From assembly GCF_006345805.1 (NCBI RefSeq), contig NC_043001.1, positions 78,802,001 through 78,866,000 of the forward strand: a DNA stretch of 64,000 nt. Reading direction: 5' to 3'. The notes under the pieces are model-generated. The model ran no database searches and was not told where the DNA came from. It was given only the letters and a program-made list of their open reading frames with translations. The translations under genes were made by a program, and so were the position numbers. Positions 13,941 through 26,355 of the stretch are shown here, one piece after another. Source of the stretch: Octopus sinensis (Eukaryota). The number at the start of each line of letters is the position of its first letter. The stretch's first letter is position 1.

Positions 13941-14552
13941 CAAGGCAGCGAGCCGGCAGAAACGTAAGCACGCCGGGCGAAATGCTTAGCGGTATTTCGT
14001 CTGCCGTTACGTTCTGCTTTCAAATTTCGCTGTGTCGACTTTGCCTTTCATCCTTTCGGGGTCGATAAATTAAGTACCAGTTACGCACTGGTGTCGATAT
14101 AATCGACATAATCCGTTTGTCTGTCCTTGTTTGTCTTCTCTGTGTTTAGCCTCTTGTGGGTAGTAAAGAAATAGGTATTTCGTCTGCCGCTAGGTTATGG
14201 GTTCAAATTCCGCCGAGGTCGACTTTGCCTTTCATCCTTTCGGTGTCGATTAAATAAGTACCTGTTACGCATTGGGGTCGATATAATCGACTCAATTCGT
14301 TTGTCTGTCCTTGTCTGTCCGCTCTGTGTGTATTCCCAGTAAATAAATAAGTAAAGGCAGCACGCCGGGCGAAAAGCTTTGCAGTATTTCGGCTGTCTTT
14401 ACTTTCTGCTGTCAAATTCCGGCGAGGTTGACTTTGTCTTTCAACATCTCGGAATCGATAAATTAAGCACCATTTGCGTACTGGGATCGATGTAATCGAG
14501 TGGTTCCCGTCGCCAAAATTTCGGGCCTTGTGCCCAGAGTAGAAGAATATAT
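13941..14552 (+). mobile_element. tRNA-derived SINE, major family, three-unit array
   Basis: Head AAGGCAGCGAGCCGGCAGAAACGTAAGCACGCCGGGCG, then three successive bodies (~14035, ~14215, ~14425). Terminal tail AAAATTTCGGGCCTTGTGCCCAGAGTAGAAG. Confidence 0.9.
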
Positions 14553-14734
14553 ATTGCACTTTTTTCTAATATCACCTTTATTTTTAACTGTATACATACA
14601 CACTTACACACATGCGCACATACAGACTGGAGGACACCACCCGTACTGGATTGTGTTCTGGTCTCGCAGACTTTAACATAGTCTCAGTTATTTTTTTTTA
14701 TAAAAATGTAAAAACGGTCATAAATTACCTTGGG

Positions 14735-15032
14735 ATTACACCTAGAAATTTCCGAAGCACAATTCAAGACAAGGTTGTTTATGGAAGACCATCAGTCACC
14801 ATACATACCAGCCTCCTCTCTCCACGTCACCGATGTTATCCAAGTGAAAGGTAAAGTCCGATACAGCATGGCACCAGTGACGTCACAACTCATTTCTACA
14901 GATGAATGAACTGCAGCAACGTGAAAATAATGTGTCTTGTTCAAGAACACAGCACACAAACCTGTCCGGGAATCGAATTCCCTTCCATATTGAAGTGAGC
15001 CCGGCATTTTAACCACTCAACCATGCGCCTTT
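14735..15032 (-). mobile_element. tRNA-derived SINE with CORE-like block (different tail)
   Basis: Minus strand reads GGCGCATGGTTGAGTGGTTAA...TTCGATTCCCGGAC...TTCTTGAACAAGACAC..TTTTCACGTTGCT. Head and core are shared with the 3034 copy. Confidence 0.7.
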
Positions 15033-16321
15033 ACTTTGTTCTATACCAGGTGAATTAATTGTAGTTTCTGCAATGAGAGGGCGGAGATTTTAGTTTGCAT
15101 ACTTTGCTTTCTCCTCTGGTTACTTTCCTTTTTCTTTTACAACTTTCACGTTTCTCTTCACGTTGTTCTTTTTACTATTATTTTCTCAATATGCTGCGTT
15201 CTTCTGCTTTTGAAAATATATCTAACGTATAAGCAAAAGCCTGAAATATTGCTTGGAGATGCATTGCGTATTTTGAAAACATGCCGAGTTAAAGTTCCAT
15301 AAATGATTGAGCCTTTCAGTAACTCTTCCGGCTGGGTGCTAAATTCACACACAGACACACACACACACAAATTATTATACTGTGTTTTAGAATTTCGCTT
15401 AGACATTGCGGCACCACTAAGAACCTGCTGCAGAACACAACATGTGTACGTCCTAGAACGAAGTGTTAGCCGAGTATAGAACGGTAATAAGAGAGATGAC
15501 ATCTCTCTTATTATATTGATATATATTTTATTCACGAATTAATTTTGAGTGCGTTCAGTGAGCATCAATCGGGGCATCAATTCAATCACAAGGAAACTAA
15601 CGCCCTCTAGTACGTGAATTTTATAAGAAAAATTTGTGAACTTTCAAACTTAATTGAAATATTTTCTTCCCTTTTTGGTTTTAATATATGCATGCACTAA
15701 TGCGTCGCACATGCATACATCACTCTCTCACTGTAGTGACCACGCTATTAGATGTTGTCACAAAGTTCTTGTCACATCACTGCTCACAATACACTTCCAA
15801 GTCTTTCGTCACTGCGGTAATGTTTTCCATTTTTACCTCAAATCGTTTAACGAAGCCTCTTCGTACCGTCGTAGAGGCCTTTAAAGTGACCTTTTGCAGC
15901 CTCGCATATAACACCCGGAAACTGTTTTGGTCTGCATATTGTGAGTGAACCTTGCGATATGTCTTTTGGTGTTTTTTTAATGAATCTCGGAGGAGACGAC
16001 AGAAATTCCAGAAGAAACGGAAAACTACAAGCAAGAGCACGTAAGATAAAATTAAGTACTTCATTCTCTGCAAAGCGATCAGACAAAATGTGGAAAATGT
16101 TATAAACTGAAGAAGGTGAGGCAGTCTGCAGAGAAAGAAGTCTAAAAAGTGCTGGAGATACATGGCACTCTACAAGATCAGAGATGACGGCGCTTCAAAA
16201 ACAAAGCTGCGTTCAAAGGGGAAATGGAAGACGTTTGCAAATCTTCTACATTAAGCATTTTTAACGCGCGCAAACACACACACGCGCGCGCTCAAATACA
16301 CGTATCTTTAATTATTTTCTC

Positions 16322-16534
16322 TTATTTGTTTCAGTCATTAGACTGCGGCAATGCTGGGCCACCGCCTTGGAAATTTTTTTGTTAGTCGAATGAATCGACA
16401 CCTGTAATTATTCTATTGGTCACTGTTGCAGAACTGTTGAGCTAGAGGATGCAAACACACCAACACTGGTTTCCAAGCGGCGGCAGGGGGACAAACAGAG
16501 ACACAAACCCAGCCCCAGCACTCACACAAACGCA

Positions 16535-16600
<66 letters not shown>
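16322..16600 (-). mobile_element. 3' half of a second abundant SINE-like family
   Basis: GTTTCAGTCATTAGACTGCGGCAATGCTGG is shared with 18808-18915 and, inverted, with 61262-61425 and 55826-55990. Confidence 0.7.
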
Positions 16601-16795
16601 GTTGTTACAGAGGAAAACAAACGCCAAGGGAAGGCAAACATCTCTTTATCAATTATATATCCGTTGCATCGGAAATCTACAATGGCTTCCTAACTCCGTC
16701 TCGTGTATAACCTCGGAGCCCTAGAAATTCGTTACAGCACTTACCTAGCGTACCGAATCGTTTAGATCACCTGTGAACTAAACCCCCATATTTTG

Positions 16796-16827
<32 letters not shown>

Positions 16828-17629
16828 GACATGGGACAAGAACGTAAAACATCCAAACAGACGATACAAAGAAAACAAGGATGAGTCGTTTGGACTTTTC
16901 TTTCCGCAGTCGAGTTCCAGATTATCTTATCTTTCATATATATATATATATATATATACGTTTAAATATTTGTTATGTGCAAGATTTTTTATGTGAAGTC
17001 GTATGACAATAGTGGATCCTGCAAACATAATAAATACACAGGTAATTAAAGAAATAGAAATGAATATCTATATGTGTATGTATGTGTGTATATATGTATG
17101 TATATGTATATGTATATGTATGTATATATATATATGTATATGTATATATATATATATTTTTTTTTTCGATTAGATTTATTATTATTATTACTAATATTGT
17201 TGTTATACATACATACAAGCATATGTAATGATAATAATGGGTGGATGTAAACACATGAACAAAATTAGAACAAAAGCAACAACAACAAAAACAAAATACA
17301 AATTACAAGAATGTATATAACCAGAAGATACAAATATTACAGGCATCCCCCCCACACACTAAATAAACATAGACGCACATAGAGATATAAGCATGCGCAA
17401 ATGAAGACAAATAATAGAAATACAAAATGGCTGACGGTTAGTAAGGAGAGACACGTAAGTGAGAAGAAAACAAAGGACCACTGATGCGGTCACAGGAGTG
17501 TGACGAAAGAACTTTGGCCGAAATAGATTAAGATTAATGTAAAAAATAATATCACTGAAGCAAAATAACACCAAATTATAGTGCGTGTGTTTTTATTGGC
17601 TAAACTGGCAATATGACCATTCCGAATAT

Positions 17630-17677
<48 letters not shown>

Positions 17678-18807
17678 ACATATACATATCATCTGGTAGA
17701 AACTGACGCTTTCCACGATGTTTCTTATAGAACTTTGAAGACAGTGGTTCTTTTTCTTATCTATGCTTGTTTCTGCGATTTTCTGTTTACATTCGGAAGC
17801 ATAACACACGCGTTATCTCTATGATTACTACTAGAATATATATTGCTTTTTATACATGACTTGCAACTTTAAATTTTCGAATAAAGAACTGGGGTTTTCT
17901 CCAGCTTGATAAATTCATTGCTTAACGATCTGATATCCTAATGCTTACCTTCTAGCGATGCCTTTGGCGTTTCTCCTCCTAATGTAGATTCTGTTTAAAA
18001 TAGTTTCTAAAGGATTTCGTCCACTTAGCTGAGAGATAAGAAACCTAGATGCATTCTATTTTTTCACAGGTTCTGAAAACTAAAGCAAAACGTAAACCAT
18101 GAATTTAGCCAAAGATTTAGGTTTGTAACATCGATTTGATTGATGATTAACACTTCGGGGACCAGAAATCAGTGAAAGGTGAGATTCACCGATCTCTCAT
18201 TATTGAACATGTATAATGTCATTAGAGTCCACCCAGAGAAATTTTCAGAGCCAGTTTTTGTCAAAAACAACTTCTATACTCATGTTTATTTAATTTAGAT
18301 CCAGACCTCCATTCAGGCAATTGTTCCTTGTCTGCGAAAGAACCTTGAAGACTAGTGTCAACTGTTCGGTACCGAATTATGTTCGGGTTTTGAAATTAAT
18401 GTGATTATTCCATCATATTGATAATGCCGACTAATTGGGAAAGTCGAGAATTTAAGAACTGTCTTTACTGCTAAATCTTATGTGGGAGTACGAATAAATA
18501 TTAAGCGTTTTGATGTTAAAATACTGTTGCGCATTTGTACACAGATACCAATACTCACATGCACACACACACACACACACACTGCATTAATATCAAATAG
18601 TGAGAATAAGTGTTCAACACCGCATTGTTAGATAAATATTGCTTATTTCTTGACTTATTTCTTGATTATTCCTAACAGATATTTCTCTTACCATGGAACC
18701 AATGGTAAAGCATGGTTAACCTAAAAATAAAGAATATTTGTACACCAAAGCGTCATTGAGACCCATTCTTATTCTTCGATACGAAGGTATATATATTCAT
18801 GTTTTCC

Positions 18808-18915
18808 TCTGTTCGTTTCAGTCACTTGACTGCGGGTATGCTGGAGCACTGCCAGAAAGGGTTATTTAGTTGAAGTAATCAACCGCAGGACTTATTCTTT
18901 TTAAGTCTAGTAGTA
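18808..18915 (-). mobile_element. 3'-end fragment of the second SINE-like family
   Basis: GTTTCAGTCACTTGACTGCGGGTATGCTGGAGCAC...GGACTTATTCTT. Confidence 0.65.
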
Positions 18916-18962
18916 ATTATATATACATACATGTGTGTGTGTGTGTGTAAGTATATATATAT

Positions 18963-19011
<49 letters not shown>

Positions 19012-19012
19012 C

Positions 19013-19054
<42 letters not shown>

Positions 19055-19220
19055 TAGAGAGGGAGATGTCACATATATGTTTGTGTTGCATCTGTCGTCA
19101 TCCGAGACTGAGTTGAAATTAAAACAGTTACAGCATCAATGACACTTATTAGACATTCAAAATCACGCAAAAACTGTCAACTTCACTTAAAAATTTATAA
19201 TTCATTATTTATAAGGCAGC

Positions 19221-20195
19221 AAGGCGGTGAGCTGGCAGAAACGTTAGCACGCCGGGCGAAATGCTTAGCGGTATTTCGTCTGCGTTACGTTGTGAGTTCA
19301 AATTCCGCCGAGGTTGACTTTGCCTTTCATCCTTTCGGGGTCGATAAATTAAGTACCAGTTACGCACTGGGGTCGATGTAATCGACTTAATACCTATGTC
19401 TGTCCTTGTTTGTCCCCTCTGTGTTTAGCCCCTTGTGGGTAATAAAGAAATAGGTATTTCGTCTGTCCTTACGTTCTGAGTTCAAATTCCGCCGAGTCGA
19501 CTTTGCCTGTCATCCTTTCGGGATAGATAGTTTATGTACTAGTTACGCACTAGGGTCCCCTCTATGTTGTCCCCTTGTGGGCAATAAAGAAATAAGAAAC
19601 GTTAGCATTCCGGGCGAAATCTTTAGTAGTATTTCGTCTGTTTTTACGTTCTGAGTTCAAATTCAGCCGAGGTTGACATTGCCTTTCATCCTTTCGGGGG
19701 TCGATAAATTAAGTACCATTTGCGTACAGGGGTCGATCTAATCGATTGGCCCTCTCCCCAAAATTTCGGGCCTAGAGTAGAAAAGATTATTTATAAGGCT
19801 GCAAGGCGGCGAGCTGACAGTTTCGTTACCACGCCGGGTGAAATGCTTATCGGTATTTCGTCTGCCGCTACGTTCTGAGTTCAAATTCCGCCGAGGTTCA
19901 CTTTGCCTTTCACCCTTCCGGGGTCGATTAAATAAGTACCAGTTGCGCACTGGGGTCAACCCAATCGACTCGTCCCCACCCCAAAAATGTCTAGAGTAGA
20001 AAAGATTATTTATAAGGCAGCGAGTGAAAAAAATACTCAGCAGCATTTTGTCCGTTGCTACGTTCTGAGCTCAAATTCTCTTCAGGGGGAACTGTAATAG
20101 GTACCAGTTGATGTAATAGGTACCAGTTGTGCGCTGGATTCGACAGAATCGATTAGATCCCTTCCATGAAAATATTTCAGGCTTGTGCCTATAGT
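19221..20195 (+). mobile_element. Stack of major-family SINEs (three-unit copy, monomer, old monomer)
   Basis: Five body units. The elements are separated by the 17-bp repeat ATTATTTATAAGGC(A/T)GC at 19204, 19786 and 20005. Confidence 0.9.
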
Positions 20196-20294
20196 AGAAA
20201 GAATGAGATATTATGTATTACAATGTTTCAGTGAAGTTTTCAGAATTTTCGTGTTTTTGAATGGCTATCACTTGACTCCTACATAATAAGATCT

Positions 20295-20620
20295 ATGTAT
20301 GTATGTATGTATGTATGTATGTATGTATGTATGTATGTATGTATGTATGTATGTATGTATGTATGTATGTATGCATGCATGTATGTATGTATGTATGTAT
20401 GTATGTATGTATGTATGTATGTATGTATGCATGTATGTATGTATGTATGTATGTATGTATGTATGTATGCATGTATGTATGTATGTATGTATGTATGCAT
20501 GTATGTATGTATGTATGTAAGTATCTATCTATCTATCTAACTATCTATCTATCTATGTTTCTATCTATCTATCTAATTTTTTGTATATAACTATCAATCT
20601 ATCTATCTATTAATCTATCT
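20295..20620. repeat. (TATG)n grading into (TATC)n tetranucleotide microsatellite
   Basis: Directly visible. Confidence 0.97.
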
Positions 20621-21206
20621 ATCTGTCTCTCTCCCTGCCTATTTATCTAAATATGTACCTCCCTCCGCACACACACACATAGACACACATACACACATAT
20701 AAATATACATATATATATGTATATATGTATGTATATATTACAAAATATGTGAGGCTGCATAGTTAAACCTACCTTCAGACATTTTGTGTCAAATAATGAT
20801 CAGAATATAATCAATTATCGAAAAAAAAAAATCACATACATATGTTCGAAGATGGATATTTGTGAATATGCTCGTTTATGATCGGGTATTATCAAATCGT
20901 TACATTAACACAAGTAACCAAAGGAGAAGAAAGAATATTAAGAACGTATAACAACCAGTGTGTAACACATTGAATTCACCGACGTTACAGTTAAGTAGTA
21001 ATCACACCAATATAAATGCAGATCTGATTATCTGCGCTGGATATGTTAGGATTTGAGTAAGATCTTAACACAAGAGAATTATTGCACAAATAACGCTTCA
21101 ATCAATATCGCAACATTACGCCTGGGAAATCACTTGGTCTGCAAACTTTCACAATTCTCCAACTAAGCAAAGGATTGTGTTTATAAGACATATATATATA
21201 ATATAT

Positions 21207-21247
<41 letters not shown>

Positions 21248-21380
21248 GATGTATGTATATCCATTTGCATCTACATATTCTTGAAAGTATATGTATATAT
21301 AAATGTGTGTAATCATTGCTATATGAATATAATAAAGTATTACGTTTGTATGTATTGTATATATATATATATATATAATA

Positions 21381-21418
<38 letters not shown>

Positions 21419-21578
21419 GTGTGTGTGTGTGCGCGCGTGTGTGTGTATGCGTGTTTGTATCTGTATAAGTGTGTATGTATCCATAAATTATGCATATAGA
21501 TACATATTTGTATGGAGGTATATCTGAAAACACTTATGCAATGAAACAATAATAATAATAATAATAAAAATAGTAATA

Positions 21579-21619
<41 letters not shown>

Positions 21620-21708
21620 TTAATAATAATAATAATGATAATAATAATAATAATACGTTTATGTATATATCATATACCAATATATATATATATACATATA
21701 TTACATAA

Positions 21709-21749
<41 letters not shown>

Positions 21750-22391
21750 TAAATATGTATATATTTGTGTGTGTGAATATATATATATAAATATGAATGT
21801 ATAAATGCATGAATACATGCAACTTTGGTGAATTGTTGCAAAGATTAGAAATACCAAACTGAATGACTTGATTAGACCACTCTACGTTCGAAGGTTTTCT
21901 AGTCCCTATCTCGAATTTGCCTCCCAGGTGTCTGAACGTCACATATTGGTAATACACTAATATTACTTGGTAAATGTCACAGGATTTAGTCAAGTGTTCT
22001 ACTGTTCGAATCAATTTAGTGCATGAGCTAAGAAAGCCACGTAATTCTCAGACTCAGTTTTTCTGGTTGTAAATGTGCATTAGGTAATAAGTGTCCTTAT
22101 TTACTATTGCAAGTCACTGTTGAGGCATGCTGAGTAGACGAATAGGCTTGTTTTGTCCTATGTAATCAGCTAAATCTTCATCATATTATCCTAAGTTTTT
22201 ATAAGGCAATCACCTATTACGAATTATAAATGGAGTATATCTGAAAATAATTCAAGACCGCCTGGGTCAAGAAGCAAGTGGCAGTAGATTTGTTTGACTA
22301 GACCTATACCCCCACCCCACCCCCAATTAATCAATACCTTCATTACCCTATCACCACCACCACCAACAACAACAACATCACCTCAACACCA

Positions 22392-22562
22392 AGTGTTAGC
22401 GGCATTTCATCCGTCTTTATGATCTAAGTTCAAATTCTGCCGTGGTCGAATTGCCTTTCATCCTTCCAAGATCAATAAAATAAGTAACAGTGAAACACTG
22501 GGGTCGATCTAATTGACATGTCCCTACCACGGAAATGCTGGCCTTGTGCCACAATTTGAAAG
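22392..22562 (+). mobile_element. Decayed major-family SINE
   Basis: GTTCAAATTCTGCCGTGGTCGAATTGCCTTTCATCCTT...CACTGGGGTCGAT...GGCCTTGTGCC. Confidence 0.75.
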
Positions 22563-22715
22563 GAGCAATCAATAAATAACACGTGGTATTTTGTCGGGTG
22601 TTACTTATTGACTACATATTTTGTTTAATCCTGACATACGTTATTGAAATATCTTTCTTTTCATACATTTATCTCATTTACTTACATTAACATACTGATT
22701 TCTTTCTGTATGTGC

Positions 22716-22812
<97 letters not shown>

Positions 22813-22929
22813 CATAGTTGTAATGAAGCATTGTGTAATATTACTTAGGATAGAATCTTGATAAGGCTGAACCAATGCAAAATGAAGTACTATGTGAACT
22901 ACAAGCGTGAAAAACATAGCAACAGTTAA

Positions 22930-23520
22930 ATGTTTATCATGTATTTCGACATTTCGAGGTTATGACCCTTTCCTCAGGACATGTGGAGAAAGGAAAAATG
23001 GGATGAGTTCTTGTTCAGACGTATGAGAGAGGAGAGTGACATGTGCAGAAATGTATTTTTATAATAGCCAGTCTAATTTGTGTAGCTCTTCTCTGTTGCT
23101 GCGAGCTGATATTAGCTTGTTTATATAGAGGGCCACCTTTATTCGAAGGTAGTTTGTATTACGTTCAGTGACTCTGGGGGAAACTGTAAAATCCTGGCGG
23201 CTGCCATGTTTGCAGGTGTGAATGGATTGAATTGTTTGTGCGTACGTGTCCCTTGCTGTGAATGTGCTGTTGGTGCACCCAATGTAGGATGCATCACATT
23301 TGCTGTAGACTACCTCATATACCATACAGATACTCGTACACGCTTTAAAGTTATTGATGAAATAAGTAGATACTGTAAACCCATGAGGTCGTTTGTGGCA
23401 CGATATCTGGAAAAATTACTTGAGAGATTGACTGCCATTTACCGTTTATATATTAAATCTTTCCCTGCAGAGCGTATGATGGATTGCAGTAGTGATTCTG
23501 TCATCGAAATATAGTAGATT
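22930..23520 (-). mobile_element. 5'-truncated Penelope-like element (GIY-YIG endonuclease remnant plus hammerhead)
   Basis: ORF 23059-23325 reads VYEVVYSKCDASYIGCT...LRIKVALYINKL..NREE, a GIY-YIG domain with a PLE-type C-terminus. A hammerhead core lies ~80 bp after the stop: CTGAGGA-AAGGGTCATAACCTC-GAAATGTC (minus, 22944-22983). Confidence 0.75.
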
Positions 23521-23702
23521 TAGAATCTACATATCAGAATTGGGAGAAAGCACATGCTCTGAAGTCTGAAAAAACTGTAAATCTCTTCAACTCTTGTTTG
23601 TTTTAGAATTTGTGGTTCACTTTGTATCGCACTTTTTCGACTTTAAAACCTTGCATCTTTATATATGTGCGTGTGTATGTGTGTGTCTGTATGATTAGAC
23701 AT

Positions 23703-23743
<41 letters not shown>

Positions 23744-23748
23744 TATAT

Positions 23749-23797
<49 letters not shown>

Positions 23798-23799
23798 AG

Positions 23800-23960
23800 A
23801 GAGAGATCAAATTTACAGAAAACGAAAGACGAAGACACGCGTGGAAACGACAAGGAGGTTGTATTAGTTTGACGCTTGGGAAGAATGGAACGGACTTTGA
23901 CATTTCGAGGGTGCGCTGTTCGACAGGAAAGATTGAGGGGGAAAAATAGAGAGCGAAAAA
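23800..23960 (-). mobile_element. Decayed solo Neptune-type pseudo-LTR end
   Basis: Minus strand CTTTC-CTGTCGA-A-CAGCGCACCCTC-GAAATGTC-AAAG (23895-23931), followed by CCCAAGCGTCAAACTAATACAACC...GTCTTCGTCTTTCG. Confidence 0.6.
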
Positions 23961-24240
23961 AAAAACACAGAGAGAAAGAATTGTGTAGGGATTAATGGTT
24001 CAAACGTGTATACATATATACATACATGCATACATATATGCATACATTGTGGTGATTGTCTACGCCTTATACAGAGTTTGACATGCTCTTGTATTTAAAG
24101 CTTAGATCTGTCATGGCGTCGCATGTGGATTTTTAAAACAATGTTTTGAAAAGACACCCACGTAAATTGCATTCATACATACATATATACATAAATATAT
24201 GTACACACACACACACACACACACACATACACACATATAT

Positions 24241-24290
<50 letters not shown>

Positions 24291-24694
24291 CAGTGGCGAC
24301 TCCGGCACTGGGCCTATTCGGGCTTAGCCCGAGTATAAATCTAGTGTCTTGTTATACAGGAGATAAACAATTCGAATGTTATTGAAATCTCGAGTCTTTA
24401 CTCTTTTATATCAACTGTTTCTCTATGCATCTGTTTCTTTGTCAGTCAACGCACTTTACGCTCGGTCTCTCCTTTCTCTCTCTTTCTCTTTCTCTGTCTC
24501 CCTCATCTACCCATTCTCATATTAAGTTTTTGTTTCCTTTCACAGGTAATTCATAGCGAAACTAGTGTTACATAAAAATTCGGCAATGCATACATATGGG
24601 TACAGACGCATCCACACCATCACATCCCACACTCATACATACATATGTACATATATACGTACACATGCACACATATACACACCTATGTATGTGA

Positions 24695-24746
<52 letters not shown>

Positions 24747-24773
24747 ATATATATATATATATATATAGATATA

Positions 24774-24827
<54 letters not shown>

Positions 24828-24887
24828 ATATATATATGTATATATATATATATATCCATATCTATATCTATATCTATCTATCTATCC

Positions 24888-24940
<53 letters not shown>

Positions 24941-24966
24941 TATATATATATATTATATATATATTA

Positions 24967-25006
<40 letters not shown>

Positions 25007-25008
<2 letters not shown>

Positions 25009-26355
25009 GGGAGAGTTCACGAAAAAACAAAACAAAAGACGAAGACAGGTGATGTACAAAACAAACAGATGTATTAGTATAACGCTCAGGAATTGATAAA
25101 AGTCTATTACTTTTTGAGCCTACGCTCTTCTAGACAAAGAGACACAGAAAAAAGCAAGGAAAGAAAAGAAATGACGAAAGACGCAGACAGGTGTAGGAAC
25201 AACAAACTGGTGTAATCGTTTAACGCTCAGGAAAAATGGAAAAGTCCTTTACGTTTCGAGCTTACGCTCTTAGACAGAAAGGAATAAGCGGAACAAATGT
25301 AGAGAGAATGAAACAATAAGAGAAAGAACATCTGTGTAGAGTTCAGCGGGCCAATATGGTTGGTAAACTGGAAAAATGTGGTTGATTGAAAGGGAGATAA
25401 TAATTAAAAAAAGGTGGATGAAGGGGAGATAATAATGGGGATCCTATCGACCTAAGGTGCTCATGCGTATGCGTGTATGGGAGAATGGCGTGTATGTGTA
25501 TGTGTGAATGGGGGCGAATGAGTCTGACGTGTGTGTGTGTGCGTGTGTTTGTGTGCGTATGTGTGTGCGTGTGCGTGTGTGAGAGTGTTTTGTGTGCTTT
25601 TTCAAGAGATGTGTGCAAATGTGTATGCGTGTGTCTATGTCTGTATCAAGTGGTGTGTGCATGTGTATAGTGTTCGTTTGTTGTCAAAATATACGTATTG
25701 CGTGTGTTTATGGGTGTTGCGTGTGTTTGTGTACATATTGTCTGTGTTCAGGTATTATGTGCTTGTGCGGATGTGAGTGTGTAATGATGGTGTGTGTACA
25801 TGATGGTGTGTGTACATGATGGTGTTAAACAGTGTGTCTGAGTGTGGCTGTTCGTACATAGGTATGTGTCGGTGTTAGTGTGTTTGGTGCAAGGTGCTCT
25901 GGGTGTTTGTGTGATGGTGTGTGAGATGAGTGATGTTTTGAAGAGTGTGTGTGTATAGTGATGTATGTGTCGTGAGGATACAGAAGTTGGCAGTATGCAG
26001 GTGTGTAGGTGAAGAGGTAGTTGAATGTGGAAGGTGTGTGGATATCCGTGTAGGGTTGATGTCAGATGAAGAGAAGATTAGGTTGAGTTCAGTCGGTGCA
26101 AAGGAACGAAGAGAGAAGATTATTCCCTTCTCACGGCGAAGGCGGGAGTCCAGATCACCCCTGTGCACAGAGATATTGCAGTGAATAACTGGTAGAGCTG
26201 AAGTGGCGCGAGACCTGGGTGTCATTGCTGAGCCTGATATGGGGGATGTGCTCCGCGAACCGTCCAGCCAAGCGGAGTCCTGTTTGACCAATGTACCAGA
26301 AAGGACAGAGGAAGCAGGAAATTCAGTAAATAACATTATATGAGGTGCAGGTAAA
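25007..26355 (-). mobile_element. Older 5'-truncated Neptune-type Penelope-like element (GIY-YIG end, 3'UTR, two tandem pseudo-LTR ends)
   Basis: Minus strand NVIY*ISCFLCPFWYIGQTGLRLAGRFAEHIPHIRLSNDTQVSRHF...HRGDLDSRLRREKGIIFSLRSFAPTELN closely matches the C-terminus at 31700-32001. CA-rich 3'UTR and two hammerhead-like units (25244-25282, 25101-25140); ends at (TA)n. Confidence 0.85.

Noticed and set aside
16104-16142. CTGAAGA...GAAA...GTC spacing
   Set aside because: No credible stems I or III; chance match.
19204-20021. Regularly spaced short direct repeats resembling a CRISPR-like array
   Set aside because: The spacers are homologous SINE copies and the repeats are TSDs. The context is eukaryotic with no cas genes.
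24291-24332. CAGTGGCG start plus TCGGGCT-T-AGCCCGA palindrome (hAT-like end); CGCCACTG at ~6430
   Set aside because: No nearby partner TIR or 8-bp TSD, so too little to call an element.
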